Assembly (NCBI GenBank): GCA_047495785.1
Contig: JBLDXI010000007.1
Coordinates: forward strand, 2,604,001 to 2,668,000
DNA: 64,000 nt
Source of the DNA: Lepidodermella squamata
Lineage: Eukaryota > Animalia > Gastrotricha
Direction of reading: 5' to 3'
Shown piece by piece: positions 24,151-36,622 of this stretch (position 1 is its first letter; every line of letters starts with the position of its first letter). A model generated the notes under the pieces. That model had not been told where the DNA came from. It did not search any database and was given only the letters and a program-made list of their open reading frames with translations. Position numbers and translations under genes: made by a program.

Positions 24151-24695
24151 TAACAGGAAGACCCTTTTTCTTGCTATGTGATAGGATTTCGCCATCTAAT
24201 TTCCGAGTTTCCGATCTCTTTCCGTTGACTATCTTTGATTTACTTTATTAATGGGCCACGCTGGATCTATGAATTTTGTCTAAACATTTTTAAAAGTGTT
24301 CAACCTTGACCAATAAGAATCAATAAATTAGAAAACAAAAGAAGTTCTTTAAAGAAAACAAAATTTTGATTACTTAAGCCGCCCAAAATGGCATTTTCCT
24401 AATTTTCTTGAATTTCATAATTAATGAAGATAAAGAATTAAATGACCGTAAAATTCTCCGTGATTTCAATAGTCACAAAAATGGTACCAGAAAAAAATTT
24501 CCGATATTTTCTGGGCTCGAAAAATTACTGTTTGCTAGAAAATCTCTGAGCGGCGAGAGAATTCAAAAGTTACAGGTTAAAAAAATCGGAAATTCAAAAT
24601 TAACTGTTTACCGGACACTTTTTATACCGCCAAATTGAGTAAGTTCTCAACATGAATTAGCTAAATTTTCCGGATGAGCCAATAGACTGTTGGGA

Positions 24696-25974
24696 TGTAA
24701 CGGTGACGGGTACTCGCGATCACGGGATCATGACCGACGACCCGACTTGTATTTAGGCAAAAAACAATTCCCGACAAACTAAGAAACTAGGCGGTTTTAT
24801 TAAGGCTAAGGCTAGGCTAATTCATGATCTCCAAAACGGAAGATGATAATTTCATGTAAAATTGGGCTTTTTATAGCCAGTTGGTGAAACAGGTGGAGCG
24901 CGCGCTGCCAAGCAGCACGCGCCGAACATTTGTTGCTAGAAATAGTAAACAGGGCGGTGGCGTCACCGCCACACTCTCCCCCACTCAATCAAGCGAAAGC
25001 TATCAGTATTTTACTACACGCGGTAAAAGAGATGAATCACGGAAATGAATGATCACTGATAGTCTTAATAGAAAGTGTTCGCATTTGGCGGCGGCAGTTG
25101 AAAGATGAAGGCCAGAGATTCCAGTCGGTCGGGACTTGCTTGATCGGACAGTTTGCCACGCGGGGTTTTCACAGGCGCAGATGCTAACCAGGCTACCAGA
25201 GTGCTGACGGGCGAACAGCGGCGGTCGAGTGCACACGTCGACAACGGGTCGGAAAGGCACAAGACGGGCCACACGGACGCAGGTCGCCGGTTGATTCCGT
25301 TGGAACCAGGTAGACGACCGACTCCATCGAACAGACGGCGGACCCAGAAAGCCAGGCGTAGAACAGGCGGTACGGGTTCGAAACGCGAGACGGTAATTCG
25401 AGCCAGACAGACTGACGGTACCGGAAGACAGGCAGGCAACGGAAGACGGCGGAGTCGACGGACCATCAAAGACTGAACCGAGGCGGATGACGGCGCGACC
25501 AGCGGACGAAAGGAAGGACGGTACGGAACGGAGGTGTCGGCGGAAGCGCGGTCAAGACGGACGGGCGGCTGTCGTTTCCAGGCAAGCGTTCGAGCGAGGA
25601 CGGCGTTCACAGGTTGCAGGTTTGCCACAGTCCCTGCTTCCAGGCCAACGGGTTGTAGCAACTGCCACGATCACTACTTCCCGGCCGATGCACCAGTGTA
25701 ACGGTGACGGGTACTCGCGATCACGGGATCATGACCGACGACCCGACTTGTATTTAGGCAAAAAACAATTCCCGACAAACTAAGAAACTAGGCGGTTTTA
25801 TTAAGGCTAAGGCTAGGCTAATTCATGATCTCCAAAACGGAAGATGATAATTTCATGTAAAATTGGGCTTTTTATAGCCAGTTGGTGAAACAGGTGGAGC
25901 GCGCGCTGCCAAGCAGCACGCGCCGAACATTTGTTGCTAGAAATAGTAAACAGGGCGGTGGCGTCACCGCCACA
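24696..25974 (-). mobile_element. Non-autonomous LTR retroelement (TRIM-like) with two identical 278-bp LTRs
   Basis: LTRs 24696-24973 and 25697-25974 with TG...CA ends; 5-bp TSD TGGGA; PBS TGGTGCATCGGCCGGGAA (25695-25678) complementary to the tRNA-Gly(GCC) 3' end; PPT AGTGGGGGAGAG; TATAAAA and AATAAA in the LTR on the minus strand. Confidence 0.95.
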
Positions 25975-26166
25975 TGGGAAGACGTGAAACTAAACGAACT
26001 ATATTATGAGAAAACCTCGAGGCAGGATTCTCGAATTTCAGAAAGCGAAATTGAACAATTACAAAAAATTTCAACTAATTAGGAAAATTTTTATGAGACT
26101 TGAAACCTCAATATCTCACAACTTTCGATTCCTAAAAAAATGTAGTAGGATTCCAGCAAAACTTAC

Positions 26167-27573
26167 ATGACTCAGGGGTACATTGAATTTTCGAGCAAGC
26201 TTCCTCTTAACCAGAGTGCTGGGATTTTTGCAATGCTGTAGCATCATATCGAGCGTAGCATTCTCGCCGTGGGTCAACGGCCGAAACTTAGGCTCTACCC
26301 TCCGCCGTGAAAACCAGCTATCGACCTTCAAAATGTCACAAAAGTCTAATAAAAAAATCTGCTCATGCGACTAACAAATTTACCGTGATAACGTTTAGTC
26401 CAAGCTTTTGAGCGATTCGTTCTCTCTCGAAGGCATCCACGTGTTCAGAAGCCGAGTAAGCCTGTGAAAAGCACAGCTGAAACTGATTGAGAACTTGCTT
26501 CTATTGCTTGCTCACCTCTTCTAAGTAGACGAGATCGGCAGCAGTGAAATTCGGGCGACGCGTTCTCGGCTGAATGCCGGCGCTACGCCTGGTTTTACCG
26601 AACCAATACTTCATCGAATTCAAACTCATCCCCAGCTGAACCGATAGTTCTCTCATACGCTCCCGGGGTGGATACGTGTTCCGAGCAAATTCCTAAGAAA
26701 AATGAAAAAAAAAATCGAAAAAGATCGAAGTCTCAGAAGTTGCGCAAATTGTTTATAATAACTTTTTGTTGGAAATTCAATTGGGTTTTATTAAATTAAA
26801 CCTATCGAGAGAATATTTCTTATTTTATCAGCGATTTAACCGAAGAAATAAAAAAAGTTACCGGGGAAAACCCGAAAAACCCCGATGGTAACTGGTTTGG
26901 TAATTTTCTGTATTTTACCCGTTTAGACCGAATTACTCCGGACTTTTTTAATCCCATGAACAAGTAAATTTCTTTGGTTACTATTCTCGTGATTTTTTTG
27001 CTGGCCATTAGATGTGACTTCGTATCTCATTTCAGAGTTTCTGAACCTTTTTCCGTATATTTGTTTGCTTGCGTTACTTACGGGTAACGCAGTGGAAACA
27101 GATAGCGAAAAACTAAAGCAGCCCAATCTGAATTCATCGGGAAAATATTTCCTGGCTGTAAGCCGTCTCGGAAGGGAATTTTTGGAATCAATTTCCAATT
27201 ACACCAAAAAATTAAATAAAAATTGAACGATTTTTTCGAATCCTGATTGCAATTTTAAATTTTGAATCTATCGGCGAGGCTCCGATCGCCGGAAAATTAC
27301 CTTGTTCAAAATGTTCAGTTGGCTCTCAGACAGGACAGATTTACTTTTAACGGCGGCAGACCGATCACTCTGTCGGCTATCACTGGCTTCTACGTCGCAA
27401 ACTTCAGATTTAACCACCAAATTTTTCATTTCGGAAGTTGCATGGAGTTTTTCTGGCGCTTCTAGTTGAGCTACTCGGGCTTCAATCGCGGTCAATTTAG
27501 AGTCGATCAGCAATTCAAGGCCATTTAGAAATAGCCGATAAGCCTCCTCTATCGGTGATGGGACACTCATCAT
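26167..27573 (-). CDS. Coiled-coil plus triple-homeodomain family member 1 (terminal exon not securely located; candidate near 24195)
   Basis: IDSKLTAIEARVAQLE; LSESQLNILNK|EFARNTYP..MKYWFGKTRR; FTAADLVYLEE|AYS..|VDSWFSRRR; LTHGE..CKNPS..LARKFNVPLSH|. Confidence 0.8.
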
Positions 27574-27700
27574 GATAAAATCCTAGAACAACCAACAAAA
27601 AATTTCCGCCATTTTCGAAATAGAACAAAAGGTTTCCAAGTTAAATTTTAATTTTTAATCAGCCATCAGCAATAAAAAGAAATTATTAGGATTTTTATTA

Positions 27701-28430
27701 TCAGCTTCCATCTTTCATGATTCGCAAAAAATCTGAAAAATAATCAAAATAAATTATAAGAATAAGAAAAATGGCTGAAAACAACGAATTTACCGCGAAA
27801 ATCGATCATTCCAATGCCGTTAAAACCAGTATGGCCGGTCATCTCGCAAATCTCGTCATCGGAGCACTGCTCACCGAGACTTGCCATGAGCTCCCGAAGC
27901 TCGGCCCGGCATATCAGCCCGTCGTTATTTCTGTCAAGCATTCGAAAAACCTCTTCCCAGTCTTCGTCTGCAACGGGTTCTCTTTCCTTTTTCTGCATAG
28001 CTTTGACGAATTCATCGAATTCTATCGCTCCACTGCCGTTCAGGTCGATAACTTTGATTTTCTTCCGCAGCTTTTCCTCGGTCAAATTGTCGGGGGTGAT
28101 TGCGCGGAGGACAATGCGAAGCTCCTCGGCGGTAATCTTACCATCGCCGTCTAAAATACAAATTAAAAAATAAAATCGAAAATTAAATTTAGCTAAGAAA
28201 ATTAAAAGTCAATTCGGAAATTAGAAAAAAATAATAACAATTTCCAAAATGTTAGATTTAAAATTTACCCTTGTCAAAAAATGCGAATGTTTTCCGATAC
28301 TCTGGAATAAAATTTGGAGAAATTAATTGCTAAAACAGAATAAGAACAACGAGAATATCCAACCTTCTAGAGTTTCTTCATCAACTTCGAACCGATAATC
28401 TCTGGAATCGGCCTGTAATAAAGCTCCCAT
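27701..28430 (-). CDS. Calmodulin-like EF-hand protein, copy 1 (4 exons)
   Basis: EF loops DKDGDGKITAEE, DLNGSGAIEFDE and DRNNDGLICRAE; fourth loop degenerate (GFNGIGMIDFRD); N-terminus MGALLQ. Confidence 0.9.
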
Positions 28431-28832
28431 GGTCGAAACGAGCAGCGATGATGAAGCTATTTAGCAGCGTTTTGAAATGCCGGCGAAAAACCGAGGAAAC
28501 AGAGCGTAGTAATAATGGAACAAATCACTTGCATTTTAGCAAGATCCGTGCATTTATCGACTTGAATTTCAACTTGAAGAATTGAATTTCATCTAAAAAA
28601 CACGAAACATTTTTTGTGGGAAAAGAGTTGGGTGTCTAGAATTAGTTGTTCTTTCTTGTGAATCGATCCAACCGATTTTGAACTCGAACAATTACTCGAA
28701 AATCACTCTTATTCACCTGTAAAATTTCAGCTCGTTCTTATTTAACGGTGAAGTGAAATGATTCGATAAATAGAAAATAAAATAAGAGATCAATAGATTT
28801 CATAGACGAAATCCTGGAGTTGGATAACGAAA

Positions 28833-31800
28833 TCAGTGAGACGATTGCCCGGATTTCTTGACTTTTTGCCGATCGTTGATCAACTTCATCGCCTGTTTCG
28901 GGAGTAAACAATAAGTACATAAGTAACCCAATTTTTCATATTCTCAAATTTTCAATTTTTCTAAATCTCAAAGCCAAAATTGTCCTCTATTCATTTTTTT
29001 ACGAATTTTGTTCACGCTTCAAGATTTCACGAAATTTCAAAATTTGGCTTATTTTTTACTTCTTCCTAATGTGTTCCCACTCGCTCTGATTAGAAGGGCA
29101 GAACACCAAATTTCAGGGATGTTTCAAGTCCGAAATTTGAATGGCTCTGTGTGTTGCGCCCGCGGAATTCTTAAAATCGCCGCGGTGGTGCGCTGCGGAA
29201 TAATGCGCGAGTGCGCGCGATTGTTTATCTTTCTGCTTAATAGTGTGCAAAGGTGCGGTGTTAAGACTTTTGACGCGGAAACCATTATTCGCGCCGCGGA
29301 AAAATTAAAAAATAGACGCGGAAAGTAGCGATGAATCCGCGGAATTAAATCCATTAATCAGAATAACTTGGCGGCTGGTTTTTTTTGCAAAAATCATCCA
29401 CTGACCACAGAACCACTTCGTCACGTTAGCTAAACGCGGCTGATAGCAAACCGCTAGCACCTAGCGACTGGTATTAAAGCTCTATAATGGGCTAACTTTT
29501 TCGCGCAAGGTCGGCCAGATATGCCGTAAAAGGGATGTTCGCTATCGGTGCGCATGAACTGGGTGTTCGGCGGCTGCGTACCTATGGGACTCGAAATGAG
29601 TTAATACCGGACTGCGCACGAGGGTGGCTATAGTAACACCGAAACAACCGCCCATTGCTAGCTCCTAGCACCTAATCGGGGTGGTTCGATAACCACTGAG
29701 ACTGAGCCGAGCCATTTTACGACCCGTGTTACTCAGCTCTTTCCAAACGCTGGACGCTATTCCCCCGCCGACCCATTACAACATGTAGCAGTCAATTTCT
29801 TGAAAAACCGCGTTCGAATGAACCCTCTCCGTGCGCAGTTGTCACATTTTTATTGCCCTTATTGCAGGTTTGCAAGGCGCTCGCTCTCAAAAGCGGTGTT
29901 AATCCGCTAATCCCTAATCCGCGTCTCAAGAGTTCCGCCCCTCTTCGCCGCCCTAGCCCTCTGTATTGCGCTGTTGACGTGACTCGCTACCTCAGGACAC
30001 CGGGCTGTGCAAACAGCTTTGGTCAATTTTGCCGATTGTTGTCGATTGCGTTGAAGTTTTTCGAAAGTTTTTCGAAAGTTTTTCGAAAGTTTTCACACGG
30101 CGCGCAACTTGGCGCAACTTGCAAAAACTTGTCAATATCATCCCACTGGCTGAATTCGCTCATTTTTACGGTACCAAGAGCAACGGATATCGCTAGCGGC
30201 GCTTTGGTGGTGAAGATGTTTTACCGCCTTCTTTACCTGCGTATTACCTGACTCAGCGGCAACGGGTCAAGTCGACCCGCCGGTCACCAGTCACCTGTTG
30301 GGTCAGGTCACCGGTCTGGTACTAGTCGTGAGACCATGAGACGTACCAGGACGCCGAGGCTTGATAAAAGGGGCAAAAAACATCAGCTCGTGCCTCAAAT
30401 CAATGCGACGAGCTCATGAATAATCCGTTTCGCTTTACACAGATTTTATTATAGGAGATTCGAAGCCTCGGCGTCCTGGCACGTCTCATGTTCGCGGCCA
30501 GTCAGCCGCTGCCGATTGACCGGTTTTCAACCGAAATATGTCACAAAACTCAGAAATTTTATAAATCGCGTCTTTTGTTTACTATTAGCGTCTTTTGACC
30601 GCGCGCACTCACCGATTTCAGCGGGAAGCGATTAAATAAGCGCGGCGGATTAACATTTTGACCGCGCCTTCACAAATTCGCGGTGCGCGCACAAATTCCG
30701 CGTCATTTTACACATTTCAGCGTCGTGTTTACTTTGGGCGAATTTGAATTATAACCAATTAGTTAACCTTACCTTCAAGAGACGGGCAATCACAATTAAA
30801 AGCCAGGGTTTAAAAAAACTCACAAGACTCCAAGGCACGCCAAGCTTTCGAGCAAGCCTTCTCTGTTGGTCGAGACTTGGCGTTGGGCAAGACTTCAAAA
30901 AAGTGTCAACCACATCTAGGTCGTTCTTCGTCACCTCACGCCATCTACTTTTCTCCCTTTTCTCGACTTTTCTACGCCCCGCGAACCAGTTATCAATCTG
31001 AAACGAAGCTAAAAGAAATCGGGGCATGGAAATGATTTAAGCAAACTAACCGCTACAATGTCCTTTCCAAGTTTAAGAGCAACTTTCACTCTGTCGAAGG
31101 CATCAACGTGAGCTTTCGAAGCATAAACCTGTACGAGGTATTATGTTTAAAAAAAAATCAATGATTTCCACAGGTTGAAACTCACATCTTCCAGGTAAGC
31201 CATATCTTCGGAAGAGAAATCCGCGTTACGCCGTTTATTTGAAAGTCCATATGCGCGGCGAGTTTTGCCGAACCAGTTTTTCACCGCCTTGTTAGTAACG
31301 CCTAAACTGGCGGCCAATTGCCTTTGTCGCTCAATCGTCGGGCAACTGTGGTCGTTGTATTCCTACAAAATAGTACATGACTCTCTTATTTTGATCTTCT
31401 CATCAAGAGTTGGGAATCAAGTTTTATCTAATGGAATCCAAAATAAAACCGAAATTGGAACTGATATTAAGGACAAATTTACAAATTTTCCGAATTTTCC
31501 CAATGTTAAAACCCATTAAAGCCCAATAGCAGCTTTTTTCGACCATCATACTATGTTAAAATCCTGTAGAGTGACTACAACCCCCAAGGTGTTTAAAAGG
31601 CGTATCTCCGCGCGTATTATCGAATAAATCCCGATGGTAACTGGTTTGGCATGTGAAAAATTGATAGCGAGACGCCCTTTCCTAATAGTCCTTACTTTTA
31701 ACAAGACGTTGACCTGGCTGTCCGAAAGTCTAGTCCGAAAGTAAAAAGGCCGGCCGGCAGTTTCGGGAAGGTCAGAATCCGAATTCGCATCATCCGTTTC

Positions 31801-31950
31801 GCTGGCAGTCGACTGTTCAGGAAGTCGATTGGGGCTGGCATTCATTTGTTCCAAGCACTTTAAACGTGCTTCCAATGGAGCAAATTTATCGTCGATAAGT
31901 CGCTGAAGCCGGCCATAGAACAAAGAAATTGCTTGCTCAAAGGAAGCCAT
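28833..31950 (-). CDS. Coiled-coil plus triple-homeodomain family member 2 (5 exons)
   Basis: IDDKFAPLEARLKCLE; RTRLSDSQVNVLLK|EYND..VKNWFGKTRR; IDNWFAGRR; last exon AMKLINDRQK at 28892-28833 after a repeat-filled intron of about 1.9 kb. Confidence 0.8.
30335..30490. repeat. Small fold-back element with inverted ends of about 28 bp
   Basis: CATGAGACGTACCAGGACGCCGAGGCTT ... AAGCCTCGGCGTCCTGGCACGTCTCATG. Confidence 0.75.
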
Positions 31951-34676
31951 GTTTCAAATTGCCCAGGCTTTGAAACAAATCTAATAAAATCTTTAAAAAT
32001 TTCAAATAGGACTGATTTTATGAAAAATTCAAATCAAAGGCGACAGAAAGCATAAAAATCAAGCCCAAGTAAAATTAGGATTTCTGATGATCAAGGCGAA
32101 AAGGAAAGATCAAGAAGCCGATATTCAAAGTTTGTAGGGTTCTTACAGTCTCCGGCTGAATCGGTTGTCTATTTAATAGACAAAATCAAATTTGTTCACG
32201 ACATTTCGATTCCAGCAGATTCGTACTTGAAACAAAGTTGAACAAAGAAAGGCATAGCTTTTGTCAAAAATTATCAAAATTATTCAAATGCAATAGAGAG
32301 CAGCTTCAACGTCAATTCACACTTGGCCCAATCCGAGTCGATTTTGTCGCGGATTTCGAAGTTGGCGGCGTTTCTGAAGAACTGCTCAAGCCAGTAACAC
32401 GCGAAGAAAGGCGCTTGGGCGAACGAGATGATGACGGTGACGCCGATCGTTTCGAGGCAACATTCGCGATTGGTGAATGTTGAGGATGACCGGTTATCAC
32501 TGGTGCGGGCGGTTGAGCTGAGGCCGGTTGAGCGGGGGGCAGAGTTTCCGCCGCCGGAGTTAGCCCTGCGGTGTCTGCGTCGATGATAGCTGGCTGATGC
32601 TGTTTTCGCCGCTTGTCGCGCCTCCGGTTAGAACACGCCTTGGCGACTGATGAGCGGAAAAATTTCTACAAGGAAAATAATTGGCTGAACCTCAACCAAG
32701 TCACAATAATAAAAAGTTCAACAACAAAAATCAGCGACCAGCAATTTCGCAGTCATGGGAAATTTTCTAGGAAACCCTACAAAGTAGGTCACAAAATTTC
32801 ACAGATATCATATTTCAACCACAGACAATTCATAGCCATATACCGTAGTTACCGAAATACAAGCCTGGGCGGCACTACAAAGAACATCAAAGTACCGACA
32901 AAGGGTTGCCGCCTAGGCTTCTATTTCGGTGACTACGGTAGCTCTATTTCTCTATTCTCTATGTTCATAGCAGAAAAAACCGAAAAATATCTTAGGAAGG
33001 ATTTTTTTAATCGAATTATTTTCAAATTTTTTCATCTCAAGTGGGATTTTTAGCATCGAACCCTTCATGACTAGCTCAGCAATGGGCCTACCGAACCCTA
33101 ACCCTAAACCTGAACTCCTATATTGTTGAAAAACAATATGACAGAAATATGTATTGATGAACACTTCGTACTTTTAAATTCCTCCTTAGTGCCGTAATTT
33201 ACGAATTATTAGGCAGGACCGCGAAATAAAGGGCAGACCCTAAATACAAGTCAGGACTTGAACCCTGTTTGAAAAAAATACAGAGCAATCAATTTCTGAA
33301 TGAATTTAGGAAATTTATTTCTCGAGGATGAAAAATTGGCAAAATTAAAAAAAATTGGTGATGCTTTGAAACATGAGTGAAAATTTGATGATAATCTAAG
33401 AATCTTGACAAACCTGCTGCTCAGCCGAGTTGAGCAGCATTTCGGCGCGGTCTTCGTGTGTAAGACGCCACAAGTTCTTCAGTGCATTTAGCGCAAACGC
33501 GTAGTCGCCGCGGACGAAGCTGCGACCCGGATTTTGTCGAAGTATTTCATCGCTTGTGAATCGCACGAGAGCCTTGTAGGTTGTGAATAGGGTTCCAGCC
33601 ACCCACTCGCGATCAAGAGAAGACTGGGCATTTTTCATCGCCTTCAACGTAATAGAAAAATTCACGGGTGCACGCTGAAAATATAGAAAATCAACTTAAT
33701 GAAAATGTATCAATACATTTTAATAGAAAATTGAAGAAATAGCTTAATACCTGTGGCTTGACGTTTTCTCCCGCCACGGGTTCCCGCGGTCGCCTGGCCG
33801 CATCGACAACTAGCTGGCAGGCGATACGGTGTGCGATAAGAGGGAACATCTGCGAGATGTACTCCGGCGTCAACGCCGCCACGGTTGTTCGATCAAGCAT
33901 TTGTTCTGAAATTATTGGAAAAATTAGTCCAGCACTACAGCGAGTCCCATTCGTAACGCAAACAAAGAAAATACTCAGGAAAGAAATCAGGAACTGTAAA
34001 ATTAGAGAGGAAGTCTCATCTCACGGCAAGAAAAATATGCATAAAAACCATAAGAATAGTAATCAATTTAATGGGATTGAATAATTCCGAAGAAATTTGA
34101 TCCCACCAGGTAAAAACCGAAAATTATCAAATCAGTTACCATCGGGGTTTTCACAGTTTTCTCCGGTAAAATTTCAATTTCTTTTCCGTGAAATCAGATT
34201 CCCCGAGTTAGCTTTATTCAACAACAATAATAGTGAATACCTGAATTTTTTTCGAAATTACAAATGGTTGCGAAAATTATGGGACTCGCAGTATTATTTA
34301 TTACCCATATTATTTTACTTATTACCACGGATTTCGTTGGGCCACAGTAGAGATTCTAGAGAATTCTAGAGAAGCGATCCTTAAAGTAACAAAAAATCTG
34401 TATCCAAATTTAATAATAAATATCCGTTGAGCATTTTTGCTCAATTGCTAAACCTGTGCTCAATTTGCTCAACGCGTGCTAAAGCAGTGCACAATTTGCG
34501 CTCAATTCGTGAACAACTAGAGCCTAACCAGAGGATGAATCATCAAAAAGTGCTCAAACTGTGCTCAAAATGTGCTTAACACGTCGTATGACACGCGTTG
34601 AGCACACCAATAATTATTGAAAATATGCCCCGTCATTGATCAGTCAATTTCTGGTTCCGACAATAACCCGATAACG

Positions 34677-34752
34677 GTGGCGCAATCGATTCGATTGCAG
34701 GCGTTGGTGGTCAAAGTCACTGGTTCGATTCCCCGTCACTACTGATTTTTTT
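34677..34752 (+). ncRNA. tRNA-like (Pol III A/B box) unit 1, probably not a functional tRNA
   Basis: TGGCGCAATCG A box, GGTTCGATTCC B box and downstream T-run; the cloverleaf pairs poorly. Confidence 0.45.
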
Positions 34753-34940
34753 TAATGGGCTTTTAGTTTTTTTTACTTTCCTTAAATCTTACTGGCACAT
34801 GGCAATACTGCCGATACCCGAAACTGGCTGTTTGTGAAAAAAACGGCCAATGCCGGCAGTGATGCCTACTGCCAATACGGCAAAATATAAAAAAATCCAC
34901 TTTAAATCGGTTTTTTGTGATTGATTTTCATAGCGAACCA

Positions 34941-35015
34941 GTGGCGCAATCGATTCGATTGCAGGCGTTGGTGGTCAAAGTCACTGGTTCGATTCCCGGC
35001 CCTGACGGATTTTTC
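34941..35015 (+). ncRNA. tRNA-like (Pol III A/B box) unit 2
   Basis: 57-bp core identical to 34677-34733, followed by a T-run. Confidence 0.45.
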
Positions 35016-35841
35016 TGAATTTCTTTCTAATTTTTAAAAATTCGACTGCTCAACGAGTGCTAAACGCAAAAATTGATGATTGCACAATGGGTGCGTAAAC
35101 CCTGCACAAAGTGCTCAACGTTCGCTACTCGATTGCTTAATGAATGCTCAATGAGTGGTAAATGACTGCTCAATGACTGCACAATCGCCTAAAGGTTGCA
35201 CAATGACTGCACAACGAAATGCTTAACATTGCAAAATTATATTGAGCACGGGAAATAATTCTGCTCAACGAATGCTCAACGGATAAATAATTGAAAAATT
35301 CTCGCTATTTTTTTGTTAGAAAGCTATTAAAAAGGGTAACAAAAATTCATCAAAAAAGAGGCTGTGAATCTTCTAGACGTCAGCGAGAAAATTTCGTAAT
35401 GTTTTAATAAAAATATAGCGCAATGCACTGATTTAGAAATTAACAAAGGTCAATAAATTGAGTCATCGTGGCCAGAGGTTCTCAATTCGAAAAAAACCGA
35501 AAATTCAAGCAATAACTGCTCGGGCGCCAAGATAACGCAACTCATTTTTAAAACGCGCGTCACTAGAAATTAAAAAATTGAAATTACCGCCAAATACGTT
35601 GATGAGTGCGGTCCGGTAATCCGGATTGTCAATACCAGCTTCGTCCACAAGTCCCGTGGCAATGGTGGTGTAATCAACCATCTCGCTAATGCTGGCAGTT
35701 TCTAGAGGGGCGGAAGACTCCGAATTCAAATTCACTTCGCTGCCATTTAACTGTTCAGAAATTCTGTTAGTGTAGCCCAATTGCTCCAAGCGACTTAAAC
35801 GGGCTTCCAGTGGAGCAAGTTTATCCTCGATAAATCGTTGA

Positions 35842-36622
35842 CCCAGTCAAAAGCCTGTGGGCCCATGGTGGGCCTATGGTAGGCCTTGTCCGTTGGGCCT
35901 AAGATTGGCCCATGTTAGGCCCGGCTGGGCCCTTGTTGGGCCCGAGTATGTCCGTTTTCCTGGGCCCAAGCTTGGATTTTGGGCCTCGTCTGGGCCTATT
36001 TTGGGCCCATTATTGGCATCCTAATTAAATAACACATCGGGTATTCTTTTATCTTTTTTAATAGATCAAATATTGCATTAAAAGGTTCACCGCATATGCT
36101 TCATTACATATGCAAGGGATGGAATAGAAAACCTGCTACCTTGGTCACATAGGTCTAAACTCACCGCCCGATAAAATAGAGATACAATCATAGAAGAGAG
36201 GGGATACAGGGAATCATGGTGAGAATAAGAGATAAGGGACTATACAGGAGGCCCTTGTGATGTATTCAGTACATCAACGTTTGGCGGATCTTGAAAATTC
36301 AGCTGGAATTTGACGTTTGACCCCCCTCGCGAGAGCTCAGCTTGTATTCCAGCTAACTAATTTGCATATGCACACAATTCATCAGCCTAATTAAGCTTTC
36401 GATTGGGCCTATTTTGGGCCCGATCAAGAATCGGCATTGAGACATCGGCACTCGGGCCTACCATGGGCCTAACAAACTTTGGGCCAATAATGGGCCTAAC
36501 AAATTTTGGGCCTATAACGGGCCTAGCAACTAGCGTGGGCCTACCATGGGCCCATTGACTTCCTGCCTTGGGCCTATAGTGGGCCCCAAGGCCTACCATG
36601 GGCCCAAGGACTTTTGACTGGG
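35842..36622. mobile_element. CCC-terminated MITE with GGGCC-rich subterminal repeats
   Basis: TIR CCCAGTCAAAAG/CTTTTGACTGGG; comparison with the paralogous reading frame implies a 1-bp target duplication. Confidence 0.85.

Larger units (their letters stand above)
34421..35285. mobile_element. MITE with 15-bp perfect TIRs and TGCTCAA subterminal repeats
   Basis: TATCCGTTGAGCATT ... AATGCTCAACGGATA; many TGCTCAA/TGCACAA units near both ends. Confidence 0.8.

Noticed and set aside
24100-24195. Terminal exon of family member 1 (MAK..ILSHSKKK-like)
   Set aside because: It resembles the IAKIISDRKK exon only if one base is inserted, so it was left out of the gene model.
25065-25661. 198-aa ORF and overlapping ORFs inside the LTR element
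   Set aside because: GC-rich and low in complexity, with no recognisable gag, protease, RT or integrase motif; likely incidental.
29120-30740. CGCG-rich intronic region with short ORFs and small tandem repeats
   Set aside because: It looks like nested non-autonomous elements, with no supportable gene or element boundaries apart from the fold-back at 30335-30490.
34671-34745. Functional tRNA gene
   Set aside because: The acceptor, D and anticodon stems do not pair properly; kept only as a tRNA-like unit.
36387-36622. Repetitive ORF portion PIIGPKFVR
   Set aside because: It is read-through into the MITE's GGGCC subterminal repeats.
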